Assembly (NCBI GenBank): GCA_964016885.1
Contig: OZ024741.1
Coordinates: 333,374,001 to 333,438,000 of the forward strand
Length of the DNA stretch: 64,000 nt
From: Eledone cirrhosa
Lineage: Eukaryota
Direction: 5' to 3'
Below, one piece after another: positions 12,083 through 22,471 of this stretch. A model generated the notes under the pieces. It was given only the letters and a program-made list of their open reading frames with translations. It was not told the origin of the DNA and did not search any database. The first letter of the stretch is position 1, and each line of letters opens with the position of its first letter. The position numbers were made by a program, and so were the translations under genes.

Positions 12083-12315
12083 CTTACAGCCATGCCTACA
12101 TGTGGCTGTAGAGGTATATTTCATACAAGATATAGGTGTTTATATCAATGTATCATGCACAAATGAATCAATTTATATACATGTATGGTATTTGATTTTT
12201 AGAAATTGATTGGAAATAAATTGATATCAAAATTAATGATTTATTCATGAAAAGCATCAACATCCTCTCTATCATCATTGTCACCATTTAACACCTATTT
12301 TCCATGTTTGTGTGA

Positions 12316-12362
<47 letters not shown>

Positions 12363-12484
12363 TATATATATACACATGCACACATACATATATATATATA
12401 TATACATATATATATACACATGCACACATACATATATATATATACATATATATATACACACATATATATATATATACATACATA

Positions 12485-12762
12485 GTTTACAAATCCAGTA
12501 TCCAAGATACACCTTTAGCTTCATACCCATCATTATTGGTGCTACGGGTTATATACCAACCCGCTTGGACCAAAGTATGACTGAACTTTGATTTGCGGAC
12601 AAAAAGCGCAGCTCCCTAATTCATAGTCTACAAATGGCTGCGATAGCTGGCACCTTCAAAATTTGCAAAACATTCTTGCGATTCAAGGGATGACAATTTC
12701 TTTTCTTTTACAACCTTGCCACCAGGAAGGTGGCCGGTCAAAAAAATATACTCGAAATTAAG
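12485..12762 (+). mobile_element. RLE-type non-LTR retrotransposon 3' fragment (R4/Dong/NeSL-like)
   Basis: Reads [65 protein letters not shown], matching the PIIIGALG..LQ..A..GT C-terminus of restriction-like endonuclease domains; microsatellite flanks. Confidence 0.7.
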
Positions 12763-12946
12763 AGAAAGAGAAAACATATATATATATATATACATATATA
12801 TATACATACATATATATATATACATACATATATATATACATACATATATATATATACATATACATATATTTATATATATACATATATATATACACACATA
12901 TATATATATGGATATATATACATATATTGATACACATATATGTGGG

Positions 12947-12978
<32 letters not shown>

Positions 12979-13116
12979 ATCATATATACACACTCATATG
13001 GTATTTTGTCATATATTCTAGTAACTACTCATGCATATATATATCATAATCATCAACATCACTGTGTGATGTTCATTTTTCACGCTAACATATATATATA
13101 TATATGAGAGTGTGTG

Positions 13117-13178
<62 letters not shown>

Positions 13179-13308
13179 GAAGTTATATTTAATTTGTTGG
13201 GATACAACAAGCAAATATTTTTATAACTGATATAAAGCACTCAACAAATTATTGGAGTAAAAATACAATATATTAACAAATGGAAACTATATTTATAAAA
13301 CCATATTT

Positions 13309-13371
13309 ATTTCATTATACATATTTCAAGGACACCAAAGCAAATTATGGTGCGCTTTCATCAGATAAAAT
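13309..13371 (-). ncRNA. Type I hammerhead motif (mirror of 13523-13585)
   Basis: tcatcag at 13358-13364 and tttc at 13324-13327 on the plus strand. Confidence 0.6.
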
Positions 13372-13522
13372 ATAATATAGATCAGTTTTTATAAACAAAT
13401 ATTGACATACCCTTAAAGAATGTGACCATGTTGGTTGGAAGCTCCCGGATAACTTCCAACCAACATGGTCGCATTCTTTAAGGGTATGTCAATATTTGTT
13501 TATAAAAACTGATCTATATTAT

Positions 13523-13585
13523 ATTTTATCTGATGAAAGCGCACCATAATTTGCTTTGGTATCCTTGAAATATGTATAATGAAAT
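13523..13585 (+). ncRNA. Type I hammerhead motif
   Basis: attttat CTGATGA aag...ctt GAAA t atgt ATA atgaaat; stem I attttat/atgaaat; overlapping AATAAA. Confidence 0.65.
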
Positions 13586-13784
13586 AAATATGGTTTTATA
13601 AATATAGTTTCCATTTGTTAATATATTGTATATATATATGTATATATATATATACATATATAATTTTTTTTTTTCTTAAGTTAGTTGACTGAATACACTT
13701 GTGATTTTTTTCAAAAAATGTTTTCTAACCCCCCCCCCCCCTCTCATTCTCTATCTTTCTATATCATCTTTTATTTCTCATTCT

Positions 13785-13822
13785 ATCTTCTGATGAAGGA
13801 CTAGTGTCTGAAATGTAAAGAT
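13785..13822 (+). ncRNA. Minimal hammerhead motif (stem III essentially absent)
   Basis: atctt CTGATGA aggactagtgtct GAAA tgta aagat; degenerate copy at 18502-18540 has GAAA mutated to AAAA. Confidence 0.5.
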
Positions 13823-14184
13823 TCTTTTCCTACTATATCAAGCATTAAACTAGTATATTTCTTCATTGTATTGCATTCTTTGGTTTGCTGCTGTTCCCAT
13901 TTACTTTTTGAATATAAATATATATATATGTGTGTGTGCATGTGTGTGTATGTGTGTGTGTGTGTGTGTGTATATGTGTATGTATATATATTATTTGGTG
14001 GTTAATACAGGCTTACATTACAACACAGTAACTGATTGAATAACATGTTGAATTTCAGTCTCATGTTTAGAAACTTTATCTTAATGCTTTAACTGTCATG
14101 TGAATAAACTACCACATGGACAACTGTTTGTGTGCCATCATTAACTGATGACCATTGTATTAATTTCTTTAAATCTGGATGAAG

Positions 14185-14216
<32 letters not shown>

Positions 14217-14252
14217 TATATATGTATGTTCGTATATGTGTATGTGTGTATG

Positions 14253-14284
<32 letters not shown>

Positions 14285-14287
<3 letters not shown>

Positions 14288-14893
14288 TGGCTGCCAACTC
14301 GTTTTCGAGTACGGCCACTACTTTATATCCATGTAGGAGAACCCCTACTGATGCGCTGAACGAGTGTGACTTTTTAGTCCAGCCAGCGACTTGAAAGCTC
14401 TGGTACAAACACTACACTTGTGACAATTATTGACACATAGTGCTGGGCCCATGGTACCATGTGACGACAAATGCAGAGAGATCTCCAGATATAAAGCAAT
14501 GCCTGTGCCGTGAAGCTTTTATAGTGAGCAAAGGCACTGCACAAAGCCAGTCCCACTCTCTTAACCAAGATGATATTTACCAAAAAGAAGAACAAGTCAA
14601 CATCATTGGATACCATCAGGGTTGCAGGTGTTATATCAGAGTTTTCCTTCTCCTAGAATTCTGCCTTGACAAAGGCTAAGGGGTCATCTCTCCCGGTGAT
14701 TTTGGATGGCCATTGACTCTTAAGAGCTCCTTTGCCTTTTGACAGGTTTTGTTTTTAGTCCTGCAGGATGTCCAAAGTCACCCTCCTCACCAAGAAACCT
14801 TGGTGGGGTTGCCAGTTTAGTCGCCAACGACCCGACCATGGGACAGGTTGTACTGGAATACATGTTACCAGTAGCACCAACTGGTGACCTGAC
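14285..14893 (-). mobile_element. Probable RTE-type 5' UTR / structured non-coding repeat
   Basis: Minus strand contains ttagcctttgtcaaggcagaattctaggagaaggaaaactc, a motif I recall from RTE 5' UTRs; several hairpins; related pieces at 2383-2632 and 49160-49372. Confidence 0.5.
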
Positions 14894-14928
<35 letters not shown>

Positions 14929-14930
<2 letters not shown>

Positions 14931-15105
14931 AGTCCTCACTGTAAATGTGGTTGGTGTTAGGAAGGGCATCCAGCTGTAGAAAACCTGCCAGATAGTCCTA
15001 TACGAGCGAGACACGGTCACCCGACCAATCTTGCCTCAACTGGGACAACTCCTATCTAACCCATGCTAGCGTGGAAGATAGATGTTAAACGATGATGATG
15101 ATGAT
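14929..15105 (+). mobile_element. RTE 3' UTR/tail fragment
   Basis: gttggtgttaggaagggcatccagc motif ending in (gat)n. Confidence 0.8.
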
Positions 15106-15197
15106 ATATATATATATATATAAAAGAAGGTATAAACGAAACTACAACCCAGTCAGGTTTTACCTTCCTTAATATCCACTCTGATCCTTCCTGTGTG

Positions 15198-15358
15198 TCG
15201 AGTTCAAATTCTGCCAAGGTTAGCTTTGCCTTTCATCCTTAAAGGATCGATAAAATAATGTACCAGCAATGCCCTGGGGCCAATTTAATTGACTTTCCCA
15301 TCTGCCAAAGTTGCCGGCCTTGTGCCTAAAGTAGAAACTATTATTATTATTATTATTA
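15198..15358 (+). mobile_element. Meta-core SINE fragment
   Basis: gagttcaaattc, gcctttcatcctt..gatcgataaaataatgtaccag, (tta)n tail. Confidence 0.7.
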
Positions 15359-15559
15359 TGATTTTCTGTTGTGTTACCTGCTAGAATCAAGTATAATCCC
15401 AAATTAAGTCTTTTAGAAGTCCTAAACACTTAGAAGATTATATAATGTCTAGAAAAAAAGTAATTTAATTTGAAGAAAATGGTGCCCCACTTTCCTTGAC
15501 CCCCTAAGTTTGTGCTTATTTTGCTTAACAGTTCCTTCAGCTCTGTTCATGTATGAACA

Positions 15560-16680
15560 CTTTGTGGATGTACCTGTGTCATCCATCTATTACTGCAAAA
15601 GCAAAATCCAGCAGCAGTTTCATGAGTACCTTCAAGCTATATATCTCCCAAATACAAGTTATGGGTACATAAAAGATGTAATGGGATCACAGGCAGGCTA
15701 TCAAAGAATGTAGATTTTTGATACAGCCAATGCACAGGTAGAGCAAGAGCCCATGGGATACTAGCTCCTTCAAATACCCAGATGGTTCTGTAGAAATAGT
15801 CAACAGTTTCCTTTACCTGGGTAACGAAATCAGTAGTGGAGGAAGGTACAGTAGCCAGAGTAGAATGGGATCGAGAAGGTTCAGGGAGTTGCTACCGCTA
15901 CTAGCTACAAAAGTGTTTTCCTTAAAATGAAGGGCAGATTGTATGTATATGAACAGCAACTTTACATAGTAGTGAGACCTGAGCACTGAGTGCAGAGGAC
16001 CTGCATAGATTGGAAAGAAATGAAGCATGCCTGCTCCAATGGATGTGTAATTGCAATATATACTAACAACAAAGTGTAAATGAACTGAGAGAGAAATTAG
16101 GCATAAGAGGGATCAGATGTAGTATGCTAGAGAGGAGATTGCATTGATATGGTCATGTGATGCATATGACGGATGACAGCTGTATAAAAACGTGCAGGGC
16201 AATCAAAATAGATGGAAGCTACGGAGTAGGTAGACCCAGGAAGACTTGGGATGATTTGATAGCAGCTCACCTTGTGCAATTGCACCTCTCAAAGTCAATG
16301 ATGCAGGATCAAGATATTTGGTGCTATGCAATTATGCAGAAGACACACCTTCCCATGCACACTGACTCAAACATAGGTCTAGTAGGCACCTCTTAATCAC
16401 TATACCCACTTCCATACACCTCCCATACCCCAACACCCACCCATCCACTTCTGTCCACATCATCCATACACAGTAAAGGTTTGTTGGTATCACATGAAAA
16501 AAGCATCCAGCCCACAATGTAAATATGGTTGGCATTAGGACACGCATCCAGCTGTAGAAACCTAGCCATAAAGAGTTCTGTATCAGCAAGAGTTGGTCAC
16601 CTGACCTGAACAGCCTCTAATGGGACAACCCATCTAACCCATGCTAGCATGGAAAATGGACATGAAACGATGATGATGAT
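15560..16680 (+). pseudogene. Degenerate RTE LINE 3' portion
   Basis: Frameshifted pieces homologous to the 37251 ORF (e.g. DDSCIKTCRAIKIDGSYGVGRPRKTWDDLI), 3' UTR and (gat)n tail. Confidence 0.8.
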
Positions 16681-16689
16681 ATATATACA

Positions 16690-16988
16690 CATGGGCTGTG
16701 ACTGCAAAGGACATGAGTAGACTGGAGAGAAATGAAGCAACCATGCTCGATTCGATGTGCAATGTAAGTGTAAGAGAAAGACAGAACTTAGATGAGTTGA
16801 GGGAAAAGCTGGGTTTAAGAGGAATCTGAGGTGGTGTGCAGGAGAGGAGATTGCATTGGTTTGAATATGTGATGTGCATGGACAATGATTGTTGGGTGAA
16901 GAAGTGCTATGAAATGCCAGTGGAAAGAAGCTGCGATAGAGGTAGACCAAGAAAGACCTGGGTAGAGGTTGTGAGTGCTGAACTCAAA

Positions 16989-16990
<2 letters not shown>
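16690..16990 (+). pseudogene. RTE C-terminal remnant
   Basis: QERRLHWFEYVMCMDNDCWVKKC...RGRPRKTWVEVVSAELK. Confidence 0.75.
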
Positions 16991-17041
<51 letters not shown>

Positions 17042-17580
17042 GGACAAATATAGCAACCAACACAGGGTAGAAAGGACCCTTTGGTCCTGTCAAGGACTGA
17101 ATAACCACTCTAATTTTGGTACTATGATAAAAAGGATTAAAGAGAAATTGAAGAAAAATAACTGGTCTATTTTAGACCACAAAATCAAAAGGTTCCATGT
17201 TGTCATTTTGTTTGATATTAAAACACTCCTCTTGAAATGTCCAACTCCCATTCTATTAGAATGTTCAGTTTTTCTTCATTTCCTTTTCTGAATCTGCCCT
17301 CTTTACCTCAATGACTGAAGAGATGATATTTTAGTTCATAAATATTTATATATTTCTGTGACAAATTTTGTGAAAATTCATTTACAAACAAATTTTGTTC
17401 CAAATTTTTTTCACTTATTATTTATATATACAACATCCTCCCCAAACACCCCTCCACCTCATTTCCACATTCCCCCAAGTCTTATACTGTCTCTGCCATT
17501 GAAAATTTAGTCTTGTCTGCTGATCCTGTGAGTGTGCAGGTGAAACTCCATAATAAAAGCATGCTTTCTCCTACCCCTCC

Positions 17581-17705
<125 letters not shown>

Positions 17706-18591
17706 GGGTAGGAGAAAGCACTATATATTTCTGACCATAAATTTACTTTCAAAAATATGTCATACTTACTGTGGTTAAAAAAAAAAGAACATTCAGCCCT
17801 TTATTCATATATAAATTACTTTATACACATTACTAATGACTGTATCTTAGTAATTTAAGCAGAAATTTAAGTTAGGAAAAAATACATCAAAATTAGTGAT
17901 AGGAACCATATATATTTCTTAGCTACCAGATTAATTTTCTGCTAGTTTTTATTTTTTTTTTATCTCAAACTTTGTTTTCTATGAGTTCAAATTTAATCCT
18001 TTTTATACCAATTCAACAGAGAAGAACTACCATTTCTATTATATAAAACTTCTGATTTTAAAGCTTTCATATGTAAAAAGAATATTCTTGCATATATTTA
18101 TGCAAGAACATTTTATTAAGTTGTGTTCCAAATACCGAATTCTAAATGAAGATGCCAGTGGTTTTACTATATCCCTAAAAAAATTGATACAGTGTGTATT
18201 AGATTAGAAATATAGTAAGAAAAGAATTAAAGATTTCATTACCATGATTGTAATTAAATACAGTGTCAATGGTTTTCAAATAATTTTGAGAAACTTGGAA
18301 ATTTAACCAATTTTTCATTATTGGGTGTTTAGAAAATAACTCGACAAAGGTTCTTAGATGAAGAATTATTAGATATACTATAAAACTTGTGGTATGAACA
18401 TGGTTGACCTAATACACACATGCTCTTTGACAAAAATGTCTTGTCTGTTAATTCCTCTATTCACTCTCTATCTTTCTATTTTATCTTATATTTCTCATTC
18501 TATCTTCTGATGAAGGACTAGTGTCCAAAATGTAAAGACTCTTTTCCCACCACAACCCAAAATATCAAGCATTAAACTAATACATTTCTTC

Positions 18592-18630
<39 letters not shown>

Positions 18631-18777
18631 TAAAATAACAGATTAAAGTTTAAGCAAAGAATCGCTGCTTTCACCCTTATTTGCTCTAGGGTTCTTATAT
18701 ATTTCATATATATTTTTCCTTATGGAGCCCTCTTTGGATTTTAGTCTTCACATTTATTATTATTACTATATATATAA

Positions 18778-18968
18778 GGGCGGTGAATTGGCAGTATCGG
18801 TAGAGGGTTGGACGTCATGCTTTCTAGCATAGTTACGTCCCTTTACAGTCTGAGTTCAAATTCCGCCGAGGTTAACTGCCTTTCATCCTTACGGGGTCGA
18901 TAAAATAAAGTACCAGTAATGTACTGGGTAATTGCTGGTCTTGTGCCTAAAGTAGAAACAATTATTAC
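18778..18968 (+). mobile_element. Full-length Meta-core SINE
   Basis: gggcggtgaattggcagtatcggtag head, gagttcaaattcc B box, core and (tta) tail. Confidence 0.85.
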
Positions 18969-18972
18969 TATA

Positions 18973-19063
18973 TATATTATAAAGAATCAGGACCCCAATG
19001 GTTGAGCTCTTCATGTTTTAACAGCTATTTCCAGCTGTTGGGGTCCCAACTCTTTATAATATA
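18973..19063. mobile_element. Short Penelope-like palindrome (same family as 192-318)
   Basis: tatattataaagaatcaggaccccaa ... ttggggtcccaactctttataatata. Confidence 0.55.
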
Positions 19064-19092
19064 ACCATGATCTAACTGAACCCATCCTAATT

Positions 19093-19152
<60 letters not shown>

Positions 19153-19238
19153 GTGGTAGAAAACTGGAAGGTAATATCCGTAGTGGTAGAACATGGGACG
19201 AGTTTGGTAGAAGTAGTAACAACACTTAGTTCACCATA

Positions 19239-19279
19239 CCGAAAACAATTGTTTCACCTTATGCGGATCTTCAGCTCGG
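19239..19279 (-). ncRNA. Minimal type I hammerhead (mirror copy)
   Basis: Minus strand ccgag CUGAAGA uccgcauaaggu GAAAC aauu GUU uucgg. Confidence 0.7.
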
Positions 19280-19301
19280 ACTGTCCATAACCATGACCAG
19301 T

Positions 19302-19342
19302 CCGAGCTGAAGATCCGCATAAGGTGAAACAATTGTTCTCGG
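19302..19342 (+). ncRNA. Minimal type I hammerhead with palindromic loop III
   Basis: ccgag CTGAAGA tccgcataaggt GAAAC aatt GTT ctcgg; perfect 5-bp stem I. Confidence 0.75.
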
Positions 19343-19388
19343 TATGGTGAACTAACTGTTGTTACTACTTCTCTCTCCCCCTCTCTCC

Positions 19389-19419
<31 letters not shown>

Positions 19420-19421
<2 letters not shown>

Positions 19422-19733
19422 GACAATATGCCCCCCCCCCCCCCCCCCCCACTGCAAGGTGGTCGTTGAGGTGCCACGGCAAAAAAGCACCCAGCCCACA
19501 CTGTAAAGTGGACGTGTAGGCGCCACGGGTAAAAAGCACCCAGCACTCACTGTAAATGAGGTTGGTGTTAGAAAGGGCATCCAGCTGTAGAAATCAAGCC
19601 AAAATCAGTTCCTGTATGAGCAAGGCATGGTCAGCCGACCAGACACTGCCCACAACAGGTCAACCCGTCTAACCCATGCTAGCATGGAAGAACGGACGTA
19701 AAACAGTGATGATGATGATGATGATGATGATGA
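19420..19733 (+). mobile_element. RTE 3' UTR/tail fragment (third subfamily)
   Basis: Near-identical to 44550-44846; conserved aagggcatccagc motif; (gat)n tail. Confidence 0.8.
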
Positions 19734-20134
19734 TATATATACATATATATATAGAGAGATAGATATATATATTTATATATATATATATATTTATACACGC
19801 ATACACATACATATATGTGAGTTTCTATGAATATATACATGTATACATCTTTAATTTTTTTCAAGCATCTGTTTCTGACATATGCCAATTGCAATACACA
19901 AACACACAGATGTATGTTGTGAGAATAAGAAGATAACCAAAAAATTCCTCAAAGACTTAATCTCCAATACATTTTTCAATTCCATATGATTCTCTAGAAC
20001 AATAAGAATGCACATCAGTCCCACATCATATTACAATATGTTACCTACACACCACCCCTCCAAAATATGCCAATCACCACTGCCAACATCACTAACACAT
20101 GCACCACCACCCACCAATGTAGTAGTAACAATAA

Positions 20135-21333
20135 TTATAATAATTGTTTCCACTTTTGGCACAAGGCCAGCAATTATCCCAGTGTATTACTGGTACTTTA
20201 TTTTATCGACCCCGTAAGGATGAAAGGCAGTTAACCTTGGCGGGATTTGAACTCAGACCATAAAGGGCCGTAACTCTTTGCGTCAAAGCATGGCGTCCAA
20301 CCCTCTACCGATACTGCCAATCCACTGCCAACAATAATTATAATAATGTTCCTAGATTTGGCACAAGGCCAGCAATTCCCCAGTGCTTTACTGGAACTTT
20401 ATTTTATCCTGACTACCAGGGCAAGCGCCCTCTCTCAATTTTTCCATTTCTCAAACTACAGACGTATATTCAGAGCGGTCCCGTTCACTCGGACCATTCT
20501 CGCTACATTCCCCCACCTTTCAACAAACTTGCTAGAAGACAGCACTTGCCTCTCCACCCTGATTTTCCTCTTCAAGTGAAACTTGAAAAAGTTAATTAGG
20601 GATTCGCCGAAGAGGAAAGTGTCTGTCTTTAACCCTTTCAACCTTGTCCACCACACAATCTCTTTCACCATATAATAATAATGATAATAATTACAACAAT
20701 AATAATTGTTTCTACAATAGGCACAAGGCCAGCAATTATCCCAGTGTATTACTGGTACTTTATTTGAGGTTAGGATGAAAGGCAAAGTTAACCTCGACGG
20801 GATTTGAACTCAGAATGGCAAGGGCCGTAACTCTATGCATCAAAGCATGGCGTCCAACCCTCTACCGATGTTGCCAATAATAATGATGGCGATGAGGATG
20901 ATGTTGATGATGATTTTCACAATGATGATGACAACAACGATGATGATTATGATGATGATAATAATAATGATGGTGGTGATGATGACGATCAATGATGATG
21001 ATGATGATGGTGAAGATCATGATGATAATAATATCAAGGTTGATGGTGATGATATTGATGATGCTGATATTCATGATGATGATGACAACAATGATGAGGA
21101 TTATCATGATGATGACGATGGTGATGATAATTACAATAACAACAATAATATTGGTTTCTGAGTTAGGGACAAGACCAGCAATTTTGGTAGAAGGGAAGTT
21201 CATTAAATCAACTCCAGAAGGATTGAAAGGCAAAGCTAACCTCAACAAGATTTGAACTCAGAACGTAAAGGGACGTAACTCTATGTCATAAAGCATGTCG
21301 TCCGACGCTCTACCGATACTGGCAATCCCCCAC
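20135..21333 (-). mobile_element. Cluster of Meta-core SINEs (20135-20330, 20340-20412, 20697-20878, 21145-21333) around a (GAT)n-rich tract
   Basis: Each shows ggcacaaggccagcaatt-like tails and/or gatttgaactcag (reverse B box). Confidence 0.8.
20413..20672 (-). pseudogene. Tx1/L1-like LINE ORF2 C-terminal fragment
   Basis: MVKEIVWWTRLKGLKTDTFLFGESLINFFKFHLKRKIRVERQVLSSSKFVERW resembles the K..VW..R...F..RW C-terminus of Tx1-clade ORF2. Confidence 0.55.
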
Positions 21334-22406
21334 CCAACAATAACAATAATATTAACAATAAATAATTATTATATAAAAAAGATGAAAATAAAAGATTATT
21401 ATTTCGTCTTCATTGTCCATCCACAAATGCAATATAGGACAATACAGGGTTGTTTTTTTGTTTAGTTTCGCTTATTGGTTTTGTTTATTTTTTGTTGTTA
21501 CATCATTGTTGTTTTTTTTCTATCAAGCAACAAACAAGCTAATTACTTTTCCAGCACTCAATCTAAAGATGTTGTAAGCTAAGACGATTCATATTTCCAA
21601 CCAACAACTTCATTGTACTCCAATTAAGTGATTTTTGGCATTAATTACATTCTATTAAAGACTACACAGTAAATATATAAAGAGAGAAAATTAATTAAAA
21701 AACAAACAAACAAATAAAAAATGGCTGAATATCAACAAAAGTATGGAGGCACAAAATGGAAGAAATATTTTTGTTGATTTTTGTTTGTTGTTTTTTCGTT
21801 TTGTCCGTTTCTCTTTTAGGCTTTATCATATTTTATTTCTTCTTATTGTTTTTATTTTTATTATTGTTATTGTTTTTTTTTGTAGTTTGCAGTTTGTCAT
21901 TAACATTTTCAATCACAAAGTGCATATATGTGTATGTGTATGTGCATTTATGTATGTATGTGTATACTTAGAAAAATATACATACATACAGACATATATC
22001 CATGCATAAACACCCACACATATATTCATACACATATAAACACCCATTCACCACAAACACCACCCCTACCAGCAACAGCACCATCACCTCCATCACTACT
22101 GTAACCCTCAGCCATCCCTACCTCCCCAGTACCCTCACTGCCACAAACACTACTAACACCACCACTACTACCACGAACACCAACCACCCTACTAATACCA
22201 TTAGCAGGAGACCCAATTTCTTTAAGATTCATCTGTCATCCTTTCTTTGTCCAAAGAGACCACCCCTCCTCTTACCTCCCTTGTTTTGTCTGTTATATAC
22301 ATGATTTATAGCAGAAAGTCTTGGAGGGTTCTTTTTTATTTGGGAGGGGGTGGTGGTGGTGGTAATATATATTTATATTTTTTAAATCTCATTTATATTA
22401 CATATG

Positions 22407-22446
<40 letters not shown>

Positions 22447-22471
22447 TATGTGTGTGTATATATATATATAT

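Larger units (their letters stand above)
13180..13630. mobile_element. Penelope-like terminal palindrome (~178-bp arms)
   Basis: Arms 13264-13441 and 13453-13630, 11-nt spacer, few mismatches; same family as 44258-45069. Confidence 0.8.
19209..19372. mobile_element. Penelope-like terminal palindrome (75-bp arms)
   Basis: Arms 19209-19283 and 19298-19372, 14-nt spacer. Confidence 0.75.

Noticed and set aside
18502-18540. Second copy of the 13785 minimal hammerhead as a functional ribozyme
   Set aside because: Catalytic G of GAAA is mutated (ccaaaa)
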